Below are positions 41,763 through 52,182 of a stretch of 64,000 nucleotides of DNA, piece by piece. Below the pieces are notes generated by a model. That model had not been told where the DNA came from. It ran no database searches and saw only the letters and a program-made list of their open reading frames with translations. The position numbers and the translations under genes are program-made. The number at the start of each line of letters is the position of its first letter. The first letter of the stretch is position 1. The DNA lies in IMG/VR virus record IMGVR_UViG_3300024503_000015, positions 186,001-250,000 of that record; one strand, 5' to 3'.

Positions 41763-42908
41763 TTACCACAAGTCTTTCTTAGCAACAGTAAAACCGTTGT
41801 TAGCAGAATATTCTGGTGTCTTCAATTTAGTACTCTTCTTAACCTGTGCAATCAAGAACGGAATACCTGTACGCATTTCTGAAGTAAAGCCACGCAATCC
41901 TGACTCTGCGTATGACTCTGGGTTGGCCTTCTTGTACCATTCTTCATAGGCCATCTTAACCTTATCCCAGAACGGACCGTTGGGGCCAAAGTCACCATCG
42001 AAGTATTCTTTTGTAAATGCCGCAAAGTCTAGCAAGTATTTGTCATCAACAGTAATGCCTTGTTCAAAACACAGATTAAAGTATTCGTATAACTGACGTG
42101 CTTCCTTAGGTTCTACAGGACGTTGTTGGTTTAAGTAAGTCCAGTACTGAGCAAACATACGGGTGACTTCCGGATCCTTACGAGTCTTCAGACTCTTGCT
42201 CATAAGTGTGTCAGCCAACAAACTGAACGCACCAGGTTGGTCTTCGTCACCAAACTTGCTGTGTGTGGCAAACAAGCCAGCGGCCGCAAGATAATCGTTC
42301 TTCTTGGCTGTGTCAGTCCATTCGGTGTCATCTGCACCGTCAACCTTAGAGCCATAAACCATTTGCTTGTACTTGTCAATGAAGTCAAGTTCTTCTTTAG
42401 CATCGCCGTTTAACAAAATAAAGTTACGACGAATTTCTAATTTGTGTTTTACATTATACACAACCACTGGCACCATTGTTTGTGCTGTGCGTTCACCGAA
42501 CACTTTGGTAAGAATAATGTAAAGAGTAATTGCGGTGTGCTGTCCGTCCCAGGCAATGTAATAACCAGGCTTGTCTTCGTCAATATAAACTTGAATAGCC
42601 ATAGTCATTGTGCTACGGAAGTGTTGAAGAATGTTTAGAACATGTCGCAGATTAAGACTGCGTTGCATCGTGGAGTCAATTAGGATCTTGTCCATTGGCA
42701 CCATGATTGCTTGGCACAACAGCAGGTCGGTAAAGGTTGTCCATTCTTTGTGACGACGTTTAAATTCGTCAACTACTCCGGTGAGTAGTCCAACAAACAT
42801 AGGAGCGGTTTTGAGTGCTTCAGCCAAACGTTCTTGTAGAGTTACAAAATGGCTATCCGATTTGAGATATTGCTCGTTGATAATCTGAGCATGGGTTTTT
42901 TGTGTCAT
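41763..42908 (-). CDS. ParB/Srx-superfamily (DUF262/DndB-like) protein
   Basis: MQRSL...YIAWDGQHT resembles the QR...DGQ[QH]R signature. Confidence 0.55.
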   Translation of the reverse strand: MTQKTHAQIINEQYLKSDSHFVTLQERLAEALKTAPMFVGLLTGVVDEFKRRHKEWTTFTDLLLCQAIMVPMDKILIDSTMQRSLNLRHVLNILQHFRSTMTMAIQVYIDEDKPGYYIAWDGQHTAITLYIILTKVFGERTAQTMVPVVVYNVKHKLEIRRNFILLNGDAKEELDFIDKYKQMVYGSKVDGADDTEWTDTAKKNDYLAAAGLFATHSKFGDEDQPGAFSLLADTLMSKSLKTRKDPEVTRMFAQYWTYLNQQRPVEPKEARQLYEYFNLCFEQGITVDDKYLLDFAAFTKEYFDGDFGPNGPFWDKVKMAYEEWYKKANPESYAESGLRGFTSEMRTGIPFLIAQVKKSTKLKTPEYSANNGFTVAKKDLW

Positions 42909-43003
42909 ATAATTTCCTTTCTAGGCCTTCTCTTGGCCACCTACACACAACATTATTATTGTGTATATGGAATATTATACAGTCAAATTATTTAAAAGTC
43001 AAG

Positions 43004-43219
43004 TCAAAGGCGGTATGTAATTCGGCCTTTGGACAAATCGTAAGGGCTCATTTCAATCCGAACTTTGTCGCCCAAGATGATTTTGATTTTATTTTGGCGC
43101 AGTCGGCCATTAGTGTAGCAAGTAAGAACATGCCCATTTTCCAAAGTTACCCTAAACATATTGCTAGGTAATACTTCAGAAATGGATCCTTCCATTTCTA
43201 ATAAATCGCTTTTGCTCAT
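43004..43219 (-). CDS. infA: Translation initiation factor IF-1
   Basis: [24 protein letters not shown]...[33 protein letters not shown], colinear with IF-1. Confidence 0.95.
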   Translation of the reverse strand: MSKSDLLEMEGSISEVLPSNMFRVTLENGHVLTCYTNGRLRQNKIKIILGDKVRIEMSPYDLSKGRITYRL

Positions 43220-43389
43220 TCTTTAGTAAAGATCATACGACCATCGGTTACGGAGATATGAATTTTATCTCCTTCTTTCCATCCCATTTTTTCACAGATT
43301 TCAGGAGGAATTTTGAACATGACATTATCTGGATCTCCAGGTATGTCTTCGAATATTTCCTCTACCGTGTACGTTTTTGATTCGTTCAT
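43216..43389 (-). CDS. AbrB/MazE-like small DNA-binding protein (57 aa)
   Basis: Hand translation [57 protein letters not shown]; IP..I....G...GD swapped-hairpin pattern; TGA overlaps the infA ATG. Confidence 0.7.
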   Translation of the reverse strand: MNESKTYTVEEIFEDIPGDPDNVMFKIPPEICEKMGWKEGDKIHISVTDGRMIFTKE

Positions 43390-43428
43390 AATCCTTAGTT
43401 TATTATATTAGTTTAAAAATGTCAACTT

Positions 43429-46083
43429 TTAGTTTACCGATATATTGACATTTGGTGCAGGAAATATCCCCAAACGCACATTCATAGTCAGCGCCGATTG
43501 GGTGTTAATAGTTATTGGTAATGATGCGGTATTACTGCTAACCGTCATTACTCCAGTTAATGGAACACTAACATCACCAGCCGCAAATGGATATGTTGCT
43601 ACAGTAGTAGACCAACGAGCGTTAACTCCTGTATGTACATCAACTTGATTAGGAGTGGCTTCGTAAAAGACTGCTTCGTAAACCATATTAGGTGAACCTA
43701 GTGTGCCAGATGTAGACGCTGTTCCCTCCCAGCGAACACGGAAAGTTCTGTTAGGTGCTGTGCCTTCTGCACCATAATAGATTCGTTGACAACTATTGTC
43801 TGCAGAACTTATCATTATCTTTGGATAAGGAGGGTTAGTACCATTTAACTGACTCCAGTTTGATGAACCAGCACCAAATGTGATATATGTATTTGTTCCA
43901 ATATAAATTGTATTGTATGTTGTACCACAGAATGTTACATTGAACGGCAGTGGAACAGTCCAGTATCCATCGTCTTGACTGCCAACAAAGGTCAACGCTC
44001 CAGGCACAGTAGGTGTTGAACTAGACAATGCTAGGGCACCTAATATACTATTTGTAATAACACTACTGGAACCGTTAGGTAAACCAGTAGTTAAGAATCT
44101 ATTTCCGCTGTTAGGTCTTGTATCTAAAGTTATACCAGTAACTATAGCATCAGCAGTATAAACACCAGAGAACGCAGTAGTAGTCAATGAACCGGACGGC
44201 GCAGGCTTTGCTGTAATAATATAAGGAACCTGTGTACCATTAGCAACGTTAGTAGTAGTTAATGTTACTGTAGCAGTTTGAGTATTTGATACTGTTGAAT
44301 CGTCTACTGCTAGACTAAATGTTGCGGCCTTATTATAACTGTTAAGAGTTTTCTTTCTTGGATATACTTGTCCACTGGTAGGTCTGTACCAGTTGTTTAC
44401 TGTTGGGAAAGGTGTTGGATAATATCCACCGACTTCTTGACCTGGATGTCTTGTTCCTTGAAAGAACAACATCTTTCTACAACTATTTGGATTGTAAGTA
44501 AACCCAGCATCTTTACCATCAAACGTTCCGCCGTTGGTACTTAATACTGTGTCTGTACTAATTGCGGCTATTAATGCACGAGCATCTGCCTGTGTCATAC
44601 GAGGATATTTTTCTGCATAACAGGCAATTACACCTACGGTATTAGGACAACTCATACTAGTGCCAGGACACTTTTTAAAATTATTATTAATTGAGTCAGA
44701 TCCGCCTAATGCAGTAACTCTTGGATCAGTAGCGGCAGTCCCATCATACAACGATGCTCCACTATTCCAAACACTTTGAACACCAGAACCGGGTGCATAT
44801 ACATCAATGCGAGGACCGTAGTTACTAAATTCTGCTTTGTAGTCGCCGACCTCAATACCAGTCGAGGCGTAGATACTAGCATTTGTTGCTTCGTTGTGTT
44901 GTCCTATTGCTCCGCTACAGATAATTTTTGTATCTTCTGTGCCACCATTTGCCGAGCCAGGACTACTACCTCGGTGAATATAGTAACTAACTCCTCCGTA
45001 GACCATATAATTGTCATAGTCAGGACCTCCAGGAACATCTATATACCAATAACTATTTCCTGCGCTGGCTACAATGATGACGCCTTCGCTCATCGCCTCA
45101 ATCATATCTATATCCGTTGCGGAACTTTGTGTTGGCAATGCCGCACCAGTACGGATCCTAAATGTGTCTAAATCTGCTGTAGTCCATCCTGTACTAGGAC
45201 GATTATATGTAACACCTCTATAATACACAGAACTAATGCTAGACTCTGTAATTCCATTTAAACGATATCCCCAACTGTTATTCATAACTGTTGGATTTTT
45301 AACACCAGTCAACGGATTGATTGGTTTATTTTTATGAAATTCTCTTACATAATCTATGCTATCGTAGAATGTAATATTATAGATATTAGCATCGCGAGCA
45401 AACCCTTGTGTGTTACCTGCACAGTTTCCAGTAGTATGTCCACCATGTTCTTGTAATCGGTAACCCGGATAACTGTATTCGCCTGCCGCACCACCAGTTA
45501 CTACAGGATTGTGTTGCTCCCAGTTGTATTCAACCATTCGGCTATAACCAGTACCATCTGGATTCTGTGCATATTCGTACACAGTAGGGTACGGAGTTCC
45601 ATCGTCCATAACAACTACGTCAACATTTTTACCACTGGCATCCATAATAATAGTTGCCGCTTGATTAACTGTGCCAGTAATACCCCAATTACTAATATCT
45701 GTTTTTCTGTTTAGTCGTAACAGGCCCCAGTTGATATCGACGCTGTCGCTGGCCACACGTTTGTCAAAGTTTGAACTAGTTTGAGTAAACCCGTCACAGC
45801 CGATAACCATACCAAGATCTGTATGATTTAATTCAACAGTAAAAACTCTAGGATCGTTTCTAACCTGTGCCGCTTCGTCATAGGTCAACATATAATGTGT
45901 ATTTCGACTAATAGGTCGTCTGTTAACACACTCTACCATTCGATCAGGAATGTATAAATTTCCGCTAGGTGTTTCCATATCTTTATAAAACTCTTCCGAG
46001 TCTTTAAAGTCTTTTAAGGTAACAATGTATTCTTTAAGACTTTGATCTTCTGGATTCCCTAGATGAGGAATTGGTGTTGTCAT
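43429..46083 (-). CDS. Subtilisin-like (S8) serine protease with extra C-terminal domains
   Basis: Catalytic D (VVVMDDG), H (HGGHTTG), oxyanion N (SAGN) and S (GTSMSCP); N-terminal propeptide-like region. Confidence 0.88.
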   Translation of the reverse strand: MTTPIPHLGNPEDQSLKEYIVTLKDFKDSEEFYKDMETPSGNLYIPDRMVECVNRRPISRNTHYMLTYDEAAQVRNDPRVFTVELNHTDLGMVIGCDGFTQTSSNFDKRVASDSVDINWGLLRLNRKTDISNWGITGTVNQAATIIMDASGKNVDVVVMDDGTPYPTVYEYAQNPDGTGYSRMVEYNWEQHNPVVTGGAAGEYSYPGYRLQEHGGHTTGNCAGNTQGFARDANIYNITFYDSIDYVREFHKNKPINPLTGVKNPTVMNNSWGYRLNGITESSISSVYYRGVTYNRPSTGWTTADLDTFRIRTGAALPTQSSATDIDMIEAMSEGVIIVASAGNSYWYIDVPGGPDYDNYMVYGGVSYYIHRGSSPGSANGGTEDTKIICSGAIGQHNEATNASIYASTGIEVGDYKAEFSNYGPRIDVYAPGSGVQSVWNSGASLYDGTAATDPRVTALGGSDSINNNFKKCPGTSMSCPNTVGVIACYAEKYPRMTQADARALIAAISTDTVLSTNGGTFDGKDAGFTYNPNSCRKMLFFQGTRHPGQEVGGYYPTPFPTVNNWYRPTSGQVYPRKKTLNSYNKAATFSLAVDDSTVSNTQTATVTLTTTNVANGTQVPYIITAKPAPSGSLTTTAFSGVYTADAIVTGITLDTRPNSGNRFLTTGLPNGSSSVITNSILGALALSSSTPTVPGALTFVGSQDDGYWTVPLPFNVTFCGTTYNTIYIGTNTYITFGAGSSNWSQLNGTNPPYPKIMISSADNSCQRIYYGAEGTAPNRTFRVRWEGTASTSGTLGSPNMVYEAVFYEATPNQVDVHTGVNARWSTTVATYPFAAGDVSVPLTGVMTVSSNTASLPITINTQSALTMNVRLGIFPAPNVNISVN

Positions 46084-46084
46084 A

Positions 46085-48244
46085 TTATGCTTCCAATTGT
46101 AGTAGTTTTACTGTAACAGTAATAGCCGCTGTTGAGCCGCTTCTGTTAACTACTTTAATTTGTATATCTGTAGTTGGACTAGATTCATCGTTATAGCCAA
46201 ATACACCAGGAGTAAATGTTTGTGTTTGTGCTCCGGTAGTAATTACCTCAGCAATTACTCCACTACCTGGTACTGGATCATCTGTAATTGCACGACTAGC
46301 ATCTGCTGTACGTGCCGCAGAAGATGTATAAACAGTTACCCAAGCCGCCGCACTAGTTTGAATACTTAATAACGCATAACCACTGAAGCCTGTAATTGTA
46401 GCATTAGCACTGGCTAAGTTTGCTATCGAAGAAGTAGTAACAGAACGTGTTGTTCTGGTCGATAGTGTACCACCGCCGCCCCCGCCACCAGTTGCATCGG
46501 TATCATTAACCCATGCACTACCATTCCATTTTAAAACTTGCCCAACACTTGGACTAGAAACAGTCACATCTGCCAGGTCATTAATACTGGCCGTAGAAAT
46601 ATCTGTGCCACCACCTCCGCCGCTAATTGTTGTCCATGCCAATGTTCCTGAACCGTTTGTTGCTAGAACTTGTCCACTGGTTCCGTCTGTGGCTGGGAAT
46701 GTGAACCCTGGAAATCTTGTTGTGCCGTTTTCTTTGAATACCCATGTAGGCTTGGTAATATCGTTGAACGTTTGAATATAGATATCGTTCTCAGCATATA
46801 GCCCCCAACCAATAGTTGGACCTGCTAGGAATTCTTTCCAACCAACTGATGCTTGTCCATTGGCAGCACTGCCTGCATTAATAATACCGTTGTTAGGTAG
46901 TGTTACTGAACCGTCTGTATTAAATGTAAAATCTTTAGTACCGTTTGTAGTTAATTTAACACCGGTATTATTTAAAATAATTTTATTAGTATATGCGCTA
47001 TGACTTACACCCCAGTTAAGTGTAATGCTACCTGCGGTATCGGCAACATTAATGGCAAACGGGTCGTTAGTATTTCTTGTATATCCGTCCACAGCCAATG
47101 TACCGTTGTCAAATGCAATAGTGCCACCTGCTGGTAATGTTAGAGTACCATCGTCTCCAAATATCCAACCATGCACGGTTGCACCATAGTTACCAGTTGA
47201 AATCTTTACTGCCTTTAATCCATCGGAATCAGAATTAAAGCCAATGGTCGCCAAATCGAGACCGTTAGAAGATGTCCAGCCTACTAATATCTGAGAATTA
47301 TTACCCGGTGCCGCAATATGTATTGATTCATTTAGTGCCTGAATCATCATCGTTCCGAGACTTGGGCTATAGTCGCCTAACTTAGCAATTTTTAAATTAG
47401 TAGGAAAATCTAACGCACCGTCTGTACCAAATGACCAAGTATTAGTACTATTAGTAATCGAAGGAGTTGTGACGTCTGCAAATTCTACGCTATCTGTTGT
47501 GTTTAAATTTTGATTAGGTGCATCTAACAAATCGTTATAACTTACACTCTGACCAATAGTTGCACTTAAAGTGGTAGCAGTTGCTTGACAGCGAACAGCG
47601 AAAGGAATCTGTTGCCAATCGGACGCTACAAAGGAGGCAAACGGATCAGTTACGCCACCGATGTAAACATACATATAATCTGTACAGATTGTAGCAACAT
47701 CAACAACTCCATTGATATCGCTGTCAGAATAGTGGTTACCGCCAGTGTCTACGGTGGCGCCGCTGATATAACCATCAGCATCTAATGTTGCAGAATACGT
47801 TGCTCTGATCCATCCATAGGGAACAGTTAGTTGTGTACCACCTAATACTGCCCATGCAAAAGCATCGATTAATTTAACATTTAAAGCGTTCCCCCATGTT
47901 CTGTCTTGTACTGGACCTGCTTTGGGATAGACTTCAACTGCTTGGTGTCCAGTAGGATCATAAACACCAGGAAGAATAACCTGTCCATTAGTAGTTGCTG
48001 ATAGTTTGGCATCGCCAATATACACAGATCCAGAACCAACATATAAACTGTGCCAACGATTTGTAGGGCTACCTAAGTTGTATGTTAAATCACTGTCTGG
48101 AACAATATTTTGTGATACTGCTGAAAAGTCACCTTCTGGAATTGTAGTGTACAATTCTCCGATCATTGTATCAATCTTTTTTAAGGCTGATCCTAACGGT
48201 TCTCTACTAATGCCGTCGCCTAAATTTAATGGTGTATATGCCAT
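46085..48244 (-). CDS. Virion structural / tail fibre protein
   Basis: YNLGSPTNRWHSLYV; repeated W.FGTDG.L..P motifs; INDLADVTVSSPSVGQVLKWNG; CTAAATA upstream. Confidence 0.75.
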   Translation of the reverse strand: MAYTPLNLGDGISREPLGSALKKIDTMIGELYTTIPEGDFSAVSQNIVPDSDLTYNLGSPTNRWHSLYVGSGSVYIGDAKLSATTNGQVILPGVYDPTGHQAVEVYPKAGPVQDRTWGNALNVKLIDAFAWAVLGGTQLTVPYGWIRATYSATLDADGYISGATVDTGGNHYSDSDINGVVDVATICTDYMYVYIGGVTDPFASFVASDWQQIPFAVRCQATATTLSATIGQSVSYNDLLDAPNQNLNTTDSVEFADVTTPSITNSTNTWSFGTDGALDFPTNLKIAKLGDYSPSLGTMMIQALNESIHIAAPGNNSQILVGWTSSNGLDLATIGFNSDSDGLKAVKISTGNYGATVHGWIFGDDGTLTLPAGGTIAFDNGTLAVDGYTRNTNDPFAINVADTAGSITLNWGVSHSAYTNKIILNNTGVKLTTNGTKDFTFNTDGSVTLPNNGIINAGSAANGQASVGWKEFLAGPTIGWGLYAENDIYIQTFNDITKPTWVFKENGTTRFPGFTFPATDGTSGQVLATNGSGTLAWTTISGGGGGTDISTASINDLADVTVSSPSVGQVLKWNGSAWVNDTDATGGGGGGGTLSTRTTRSVTTSSIANLASANATITGFSGYALLSIQTSAAAWVTVYTSSAARTADASRAITDDPVPGSGVIAEVITTGAQTQTFTPGVFGYNDESSPTTDIQIKVVNRSGSTAAITVTVKLLQLEA

Positions 48245-48299
48245 GGGAAATCCTCGCTTATCCTATATTTAGCGAGTTTTGGTATAGATACAATAGTCA

Positions 48300-48323
48300 A
48301 AAAAATACCCGCCGAAGCGGGTA
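48300..48323 (-). terminator. Intrinsic terminator
   Basis: TACCCGC-TTCG-GCGGGTA followed by a T run. Confidence 0.8.
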
Positions 48324-48334
48324 AAGTTTGTAGT

Positions 48335-48928
48335 TTATTCGTCTTCCCAGGGTACAGGAATCCAACCTAGTTTAAGTAAATCTGCTTCTATTTCTTCTGT
48401 AACAATGCCTTCGGGCACATATCCTGTACGCTTTTGCCATTGTTCATTAGTTTCTTTAGCATCGTACTCTTGATTAAGTCCGCCCATACCTGAACAGTAC
48501 CAATCAATGTAATCACCTTCTTGACGCATATCTGCAACAATGCCGCCAGCACTACGCCAACTAGCACTCCACAAATCTTTGTCAGGATCTTGTCGCAGAT
48601 AAGGAAACATTTCTTTACGAACAAAACGCATATTACACATAGCCGCATAAAGATTCTGTGCATAGGCATCGCTGTTACGAACCTTGGCTAGAATCCAATC
48701 TGTACTACGTAGGTCGTATTCTAAATTATTTTCCTGCCATTCGGGGTTAGACATGTTTTCTTCGTCTTGTTCACGAAAGGTTTTAAAAAGATTTAAGTAA
48801 TCTTCTCTAGGCTCTTTACCTTCTTCCGCACAACGTTCGATATATCCGTTTAATTGAAAACTATGACGCTCTGGGCTTGAGCTTATTTTAACGTTTGTAT
48901 CCGGTGAATCCGAGTTTTCTGTAGGCAT
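48335..48928 (-). CDS. Conserved hypothetical phage protein (start uncertain)
   Basis: LEYDLRST...YAQNLYAAMCN...SWRSAGGIVAD...DYIDWYCSG. Confidence 0.65.
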   Translation of the reverse strand: MPTENSDSPDTNVKISSSPERHSFQLNGYIERCAEEGKEPREDYLNLFKTFREQDEENMSNPEWQENNLEYDLRSTDWILAKVRNSDAYAQNLYAAMCNMRFVRKEMFPYLRQDPDKDLWSASWRSAGGIVADMRQEGDYIDWYCSGMGGLNQEYDAKETNEQWQKRTGYVPEGIVTEEIEADLLKLGWIPVPWEDE

Positions 48929-49421
48929 TACGCACTCCTATAGCCTGTCGTTTAGCATCTTCTAACGCATTGTGTTTTGCATCCTGCGGCATTTCAGGAT
49001 CTGCTAGTTCAAACAATGTACGTGTGTCACGCATTTCCCAGAAGTTCCAAGGATATGCACGACCTAATTTTTCGTAGATATTCTGCAAAATCATTAAGTC
49101 AAAAGTAGCACCGTGACTCCAAAAATGACTGCACCCCCATGCTAGTGCATGAAACTGATTAATAACTTCATGGATTGGAATACGATCCCTTGGATCAAAT
49201 GCTTCCTCCATGATGTTAGTATCCTGCTGATTCCACCATTTTAGTGTGTCGTCGCTTACAGTACAACCTAGAGCATCTTGGCTGTCTATCTCCACACGCA
49301 GATAAAGTTCTTTCATGGGTGCATTTGTAAACGGATCAAACCTTACTGCGCCCAAGGTAAGAATAGTTGCTGTAGTCTTTGTGTCAAGAGTTTCCAAGTC
49401 GACCATTAAGTGTTGTGCCAT
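48888..49421 (-). CDS. DEDD 3'-5' exonuclease (Rv2179c-like)
   Basis: MVDLETL, GATFDL, RDTRT and HNALEDA motifs. Confidence 0.85.
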   Translation of the reverse strand: MAQHLMVDLETLDTKTTATILTLGAVRFDPFTNAPMKELYLRVEIDSQDALGCTVSDDTLKWWNQQDTNIMEEAFDPRDRIPIHEVINQFHALAWGCSHFWSHGATFDLMILQNIYEKLGRAYPWNFWEMRDTRTLFELADPEMPQDAKHNALEDAKRQAIGVRNAYRKLGFTGYKR

Positions 49422-49424
49422 ATA

Positions 49425-49787
49425 TTATACCAGAATGAAAATGATTAAAAGATAACCTAGTTGATGAGCCATTTGATCTAGGCCTAAATGATTCCAAAAT
49501 TCCTTAGTAGTAATATCTCTATTACCCCAATTCATTTTAGCCCAGTCTATGTGGTAGTGCATTATAAAATCTAACGCACCCATAGCCAGTGCTACATTAA
49601 GATTGGCCACAGTTAGCACGACTACGGTTGTACCAAAGCCGTGTTTTAGACTGTGTTTAATGCCACGCCAGTCGAGATAAATTCCTTTATGCTTGACCTC
49701 TTCGTCACTTTGATTAACAAAGTCAATGTACCAATGCTTAACCTGAAGTAAAGCCAATAGAATGAGTGCAATAGTTAGATAGTCCAT
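49425..49787 (-). CDS. DUF3307-like membrane protein
   Basis: KHWYIDF...HSLKHG...HYHIDW...GLDQMAH conserved His/Asp pattern. Confidence 0.7.
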   Translation of the reverse strand: MDYLTIALILLALLQVKHWYIDFVNQSDEEVKHKGIYLDWRGIKHSLKHGFGTTVVVLTVANLNVALAMGALDFIMHYHIDWAKMNWGNRDITTKEFWNHLGLDQMAHQLGYLLIIFILV

Positions 49788-49825
49788 GCTTATGATTATA
49801 CTATCTTATTAATGTAAAGTCAAGT

Positions 49826-50011
49826 TTACTTCTTGGGTTTATCGTTCGATTCGTCCAAATCGTAGTATTCGTTTTTCATTATTGCTTCATCAAACTTTTC
49901 TGCATCTGTCTTTTTATTTTTTCGAAAAATGTTATCGTAATTATTACGATAGTTGTCAGTGACTCCTTTGGTTTGAATAGAGTCGCCTGTGATGTCGTTT
50001 CTTGCTACCAT
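49826..50011 (-). CDS. Hypothetical protein
   Basis: 61-aa ORF, ARNDITGD motif, GGAG SD. Confidence 0.6.
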   Translation of the reverse strand: MVARNDITGDSIQTKGVTDNYRNNYDNIFRKNKKTDAEKFDEAIMKNEYYDLDESNDKPKK

Positions 50012-50047
50012 ACCACACTCCTTAAAAGTATAGTTATCTGGAGAAGG

Positions 50048-50506
50048 TCAAGTTCTCCAGATTTCCTTAAAGCCTTCGTCTTCGGTTGGCATTTCAAAAG
50101 TATCAATCATGCTACGCATAACTGAATCTGGAATGTTCTTGCCTGGACGACTGGCTAAACGTCGATCCAATTCTTCCTTTTTAGGAGTTGGAAATACCAC
50201 AGCAATATGTTCATAGTTAGGCAACATATTGAACTTACGCTTACGGCTCTTAATCGAAACACTGGTCTGATCCCAGATGATATCTAAATTATTTGCCTTA
50301 CAAATTTCGACTTGGTTAGCCATCAACTTTACGGCAATAGGCATATATTCATCAAAAACTTCGTTGTAGGTTTTACCCATTTTTTCAGCGTATTCTTCCA
50401 CAAACTTATCTGTGCTAACCACAGGAATATCCTTAGCCCAGTCTTGATTCTTAATCCAAGTGCTCTTACCTGCACCTGGCACTCCGATTAATTGATAACA
50501 CTTCAT
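50048..50506 (-). CDS. Polynucleotide kinase-like P-loop protein (AAA_33)
   Basis: GVPGAGKST, IWDQT and R.ASRPGK.IP motifs. Confidence 0.8.
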   Translation of the reverse strand: MKCYQLIGVPGAGKSTWIKNQDWAKDIPVVSTDKFVEEYAEKMGKTYNEVFDEYMPIAVKLMANQVEICKANNLDIIWDQTSVSIKSRKRKFNMLPNYEHIAVVFPTPKKEELDRRLASRPGKNIPDSVMRSMIDTFEMPTEDEGFKEIWRT

Positions 50507-50736
50507 GGTTGAAAGTTGTCCCTTCCTTTTGTATGCTTACTGATTTCGGCTAAGGTTGCCCTTAGCATTTGAATTTCCATTGCGGCTTCTTCTAACAAGT
50601 TAGCAATCTTGTCGGGCTTACCTTCTGTGACTGCTAACCTGCCAGGAATCTGCCTACGTATCTCTGCTCGTTTATACAAGCGGAACACTAGGCTTTGCTC
50701 TGCTACAGGCAAATGACTTTCATCTTCACATCTCAT
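50503..50736 (-). CDS. Hypothetical protein
   Basis: Start refined to MRCEDES (ATGA overlap). Confidence 0.55.
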   Translation of the reverse strand: MRCEDESHLPVAEQSLVFRLYKRAEIRRQIPGRLAVTEGKPDKIANLLEEAAMEIQMLRATLAEISKHTKGRDNFQP

Positions 50737-51617
50737 ACTGTCTCCATATAGTTGCGTACCCAAGATAAACGAGCTTGCTCGTCCATAGCAGTATACTCCT
50801 CAATGTTAGCACGGATAGCATCCACTAGTGGATAGTATTCTTCGTCTAAATTGTGCTTGATGTCTTTGTTCAAGTCTACTAACTTGTCTGTGCGTGGATT
50901 GCGAGCAACCCACTTTGAAGTCAAGTAGTAAGGTGACTTGATCTTAGAACCAACGCCGTCCTTAGTATAGAATACAAAACCTTCGTGCTTAACAGTCTTT
51001 ACTAGAGCCTTTAACTCGCCTACTGTAGTAGTAAAGATATCCACAGGGAGGCATCCAAGATGCTTGCCCAAAGGTTCTAGCGTAAACTTTTCGTAGTATA
51101 ACTTACCGTTCCAGTCTTTGTGACGGAATCCGATAAAGTACAGTCCAGGTTCTTCAGGTATGATGTGTGGGTCAGTTGGATGAACGCACTCAAACATAAA
51201 AGTAAAATCTGGGGCACATCTTAGTACATCACGGAAGTTATCAGTGATATATTCCTTTGCCATATCGACAAACTCGCCTGAAGTAGAACCTGTTGTTGAA
51301 ACTAGGATATCTCCATTGTGCCAAGTCATAGCAACCATAAAGCCGTTAACTTTACGAAGTGCTGTGATCTCAGTATCGTCGGATAGCACTGGTGCTTCCT
51401 TTTCAATACCATAGTTATAGATCTTTGTGAATGGTCGTTGTACTACATTAAACTCAGAGTCTACAATAGTACCTCGACATTCGGCGATGTATTCGTTCCA
51501 CAAGTTATCGTAGAACACTTTCTTCTTGTACTTTAGCACATAGATACCATCGCCACATTCTTTCATGTTGACTAGGTTACTAGTGTTTACATACTCCTTC
51601 AATTCATCTTTAAACAT
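50733..51617 (-). CDS. RNA ligase (T4 Rnl1-like)
   Basis: ECRG, PFTKIYN, motif I RKVNGF, FE, HEGFV and KIKSPYY. Confidence 0.85.
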   Translation of the reverse strand: MFKDELKEYVNTSNLVNMKECGDGIYVLKYKKKVFYDNLWNEYIAECRGTIVDSEFNVVQRPFTKIYNYGIEKEAPVLSDDTEITALRKVNGFMVAMTWHNGDILVSTTGSTSGEFVDMAKEYITDNFRDVLRCAPDFTFMFECVHPTDPHIIPEEPGLYFIGFRHKDWNGKLYYEKFTLEPLGKHLGCLPVDIFTTTVGELKALVKTVKHEGFVFYTKDGVGSKIKSPYYLTSKWVARNPRTDKLVDLNKDIKHNLDEEYYPLVDAIRANIEEYTAMDEQARLSWVRNYMETV

Positions 51618-52158
51618 GATGACCCTTAATTTCGTTGTTTTTAATTCTGCCAATCGCATATTCCATTGACACAACAATCTCACCGGTTGAATCCATACCT
51701 ACATCGAATGCACGATACTTTTCTAATCCACTAACACCTCCGTGTAAGTGACCATGAAAATGTAATGCTCCTCTGTGCATTTGATCCCACTCAGCAATCG
51801 GATAGTGAAACATGACAATCTTGTGACCATCATATGTAATATCCAAATACTCGTGTACTTCTGCAAACGCACCACGGAACGTTTCGTCCATCAATGTCTT
51901 ACGGTCATGATTTCCTCTAATTAAAATCTTTGTGCCATTCAAACGCTTTACCATTCTACCAGCATCACTACCTGACATGAACGCTACATCGCCTAAGATG
52001 TAGACTGTGTCTTCAGGTTTGACTTTATGGTTCCATTCTTCGGCCATGGCGTTGTTCATATATGCAACGTCGTCTTTAAATCGTGCTCTCGTCACTGGAC
52101 AGAACTTCATGATGTTCTTATGTCCAAAGTGTAAGTCGCTTGTAATCCATGTTTTCAT
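51610..52158 (-). CDS. Metallophosphoesterase
   Basis: SDLHFGH, LGD, GNHD, HYP and HGHLH motifs; promoter at 52183-52211. Confidence 0.9.
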   Translation of the reverse strand: MKTWITSDLHFGHKNIMKFCPVTRARFKDDVAYMNNAMAEEWNHKVKPEDTVYILGDVAFMSGSDAGRMVKRLNGTKILIRGNHDRKTLMDETFRGAFAEVHEYLDITYDGHKIVMFHYPIAEWDQMHRGALHFHGHLHGGVSGLEKYRAFDVGMDSTGEIVVSMEYAIGRIKNNEIKGHHV

Positions 52159-52182
52159 TTTTTCGCTCTTCTTTCTTGTTAT

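Noticed and set aside
6778-48244. Many 60-210 aa ORFs antisense or out of frame to long genes (e.g. 10250..10885, 12825..13079, 13344..13631, 25026..25382, 31790..32281)
   Set aside because: Shadows of the true genes' codon bias; no SD or motif support.
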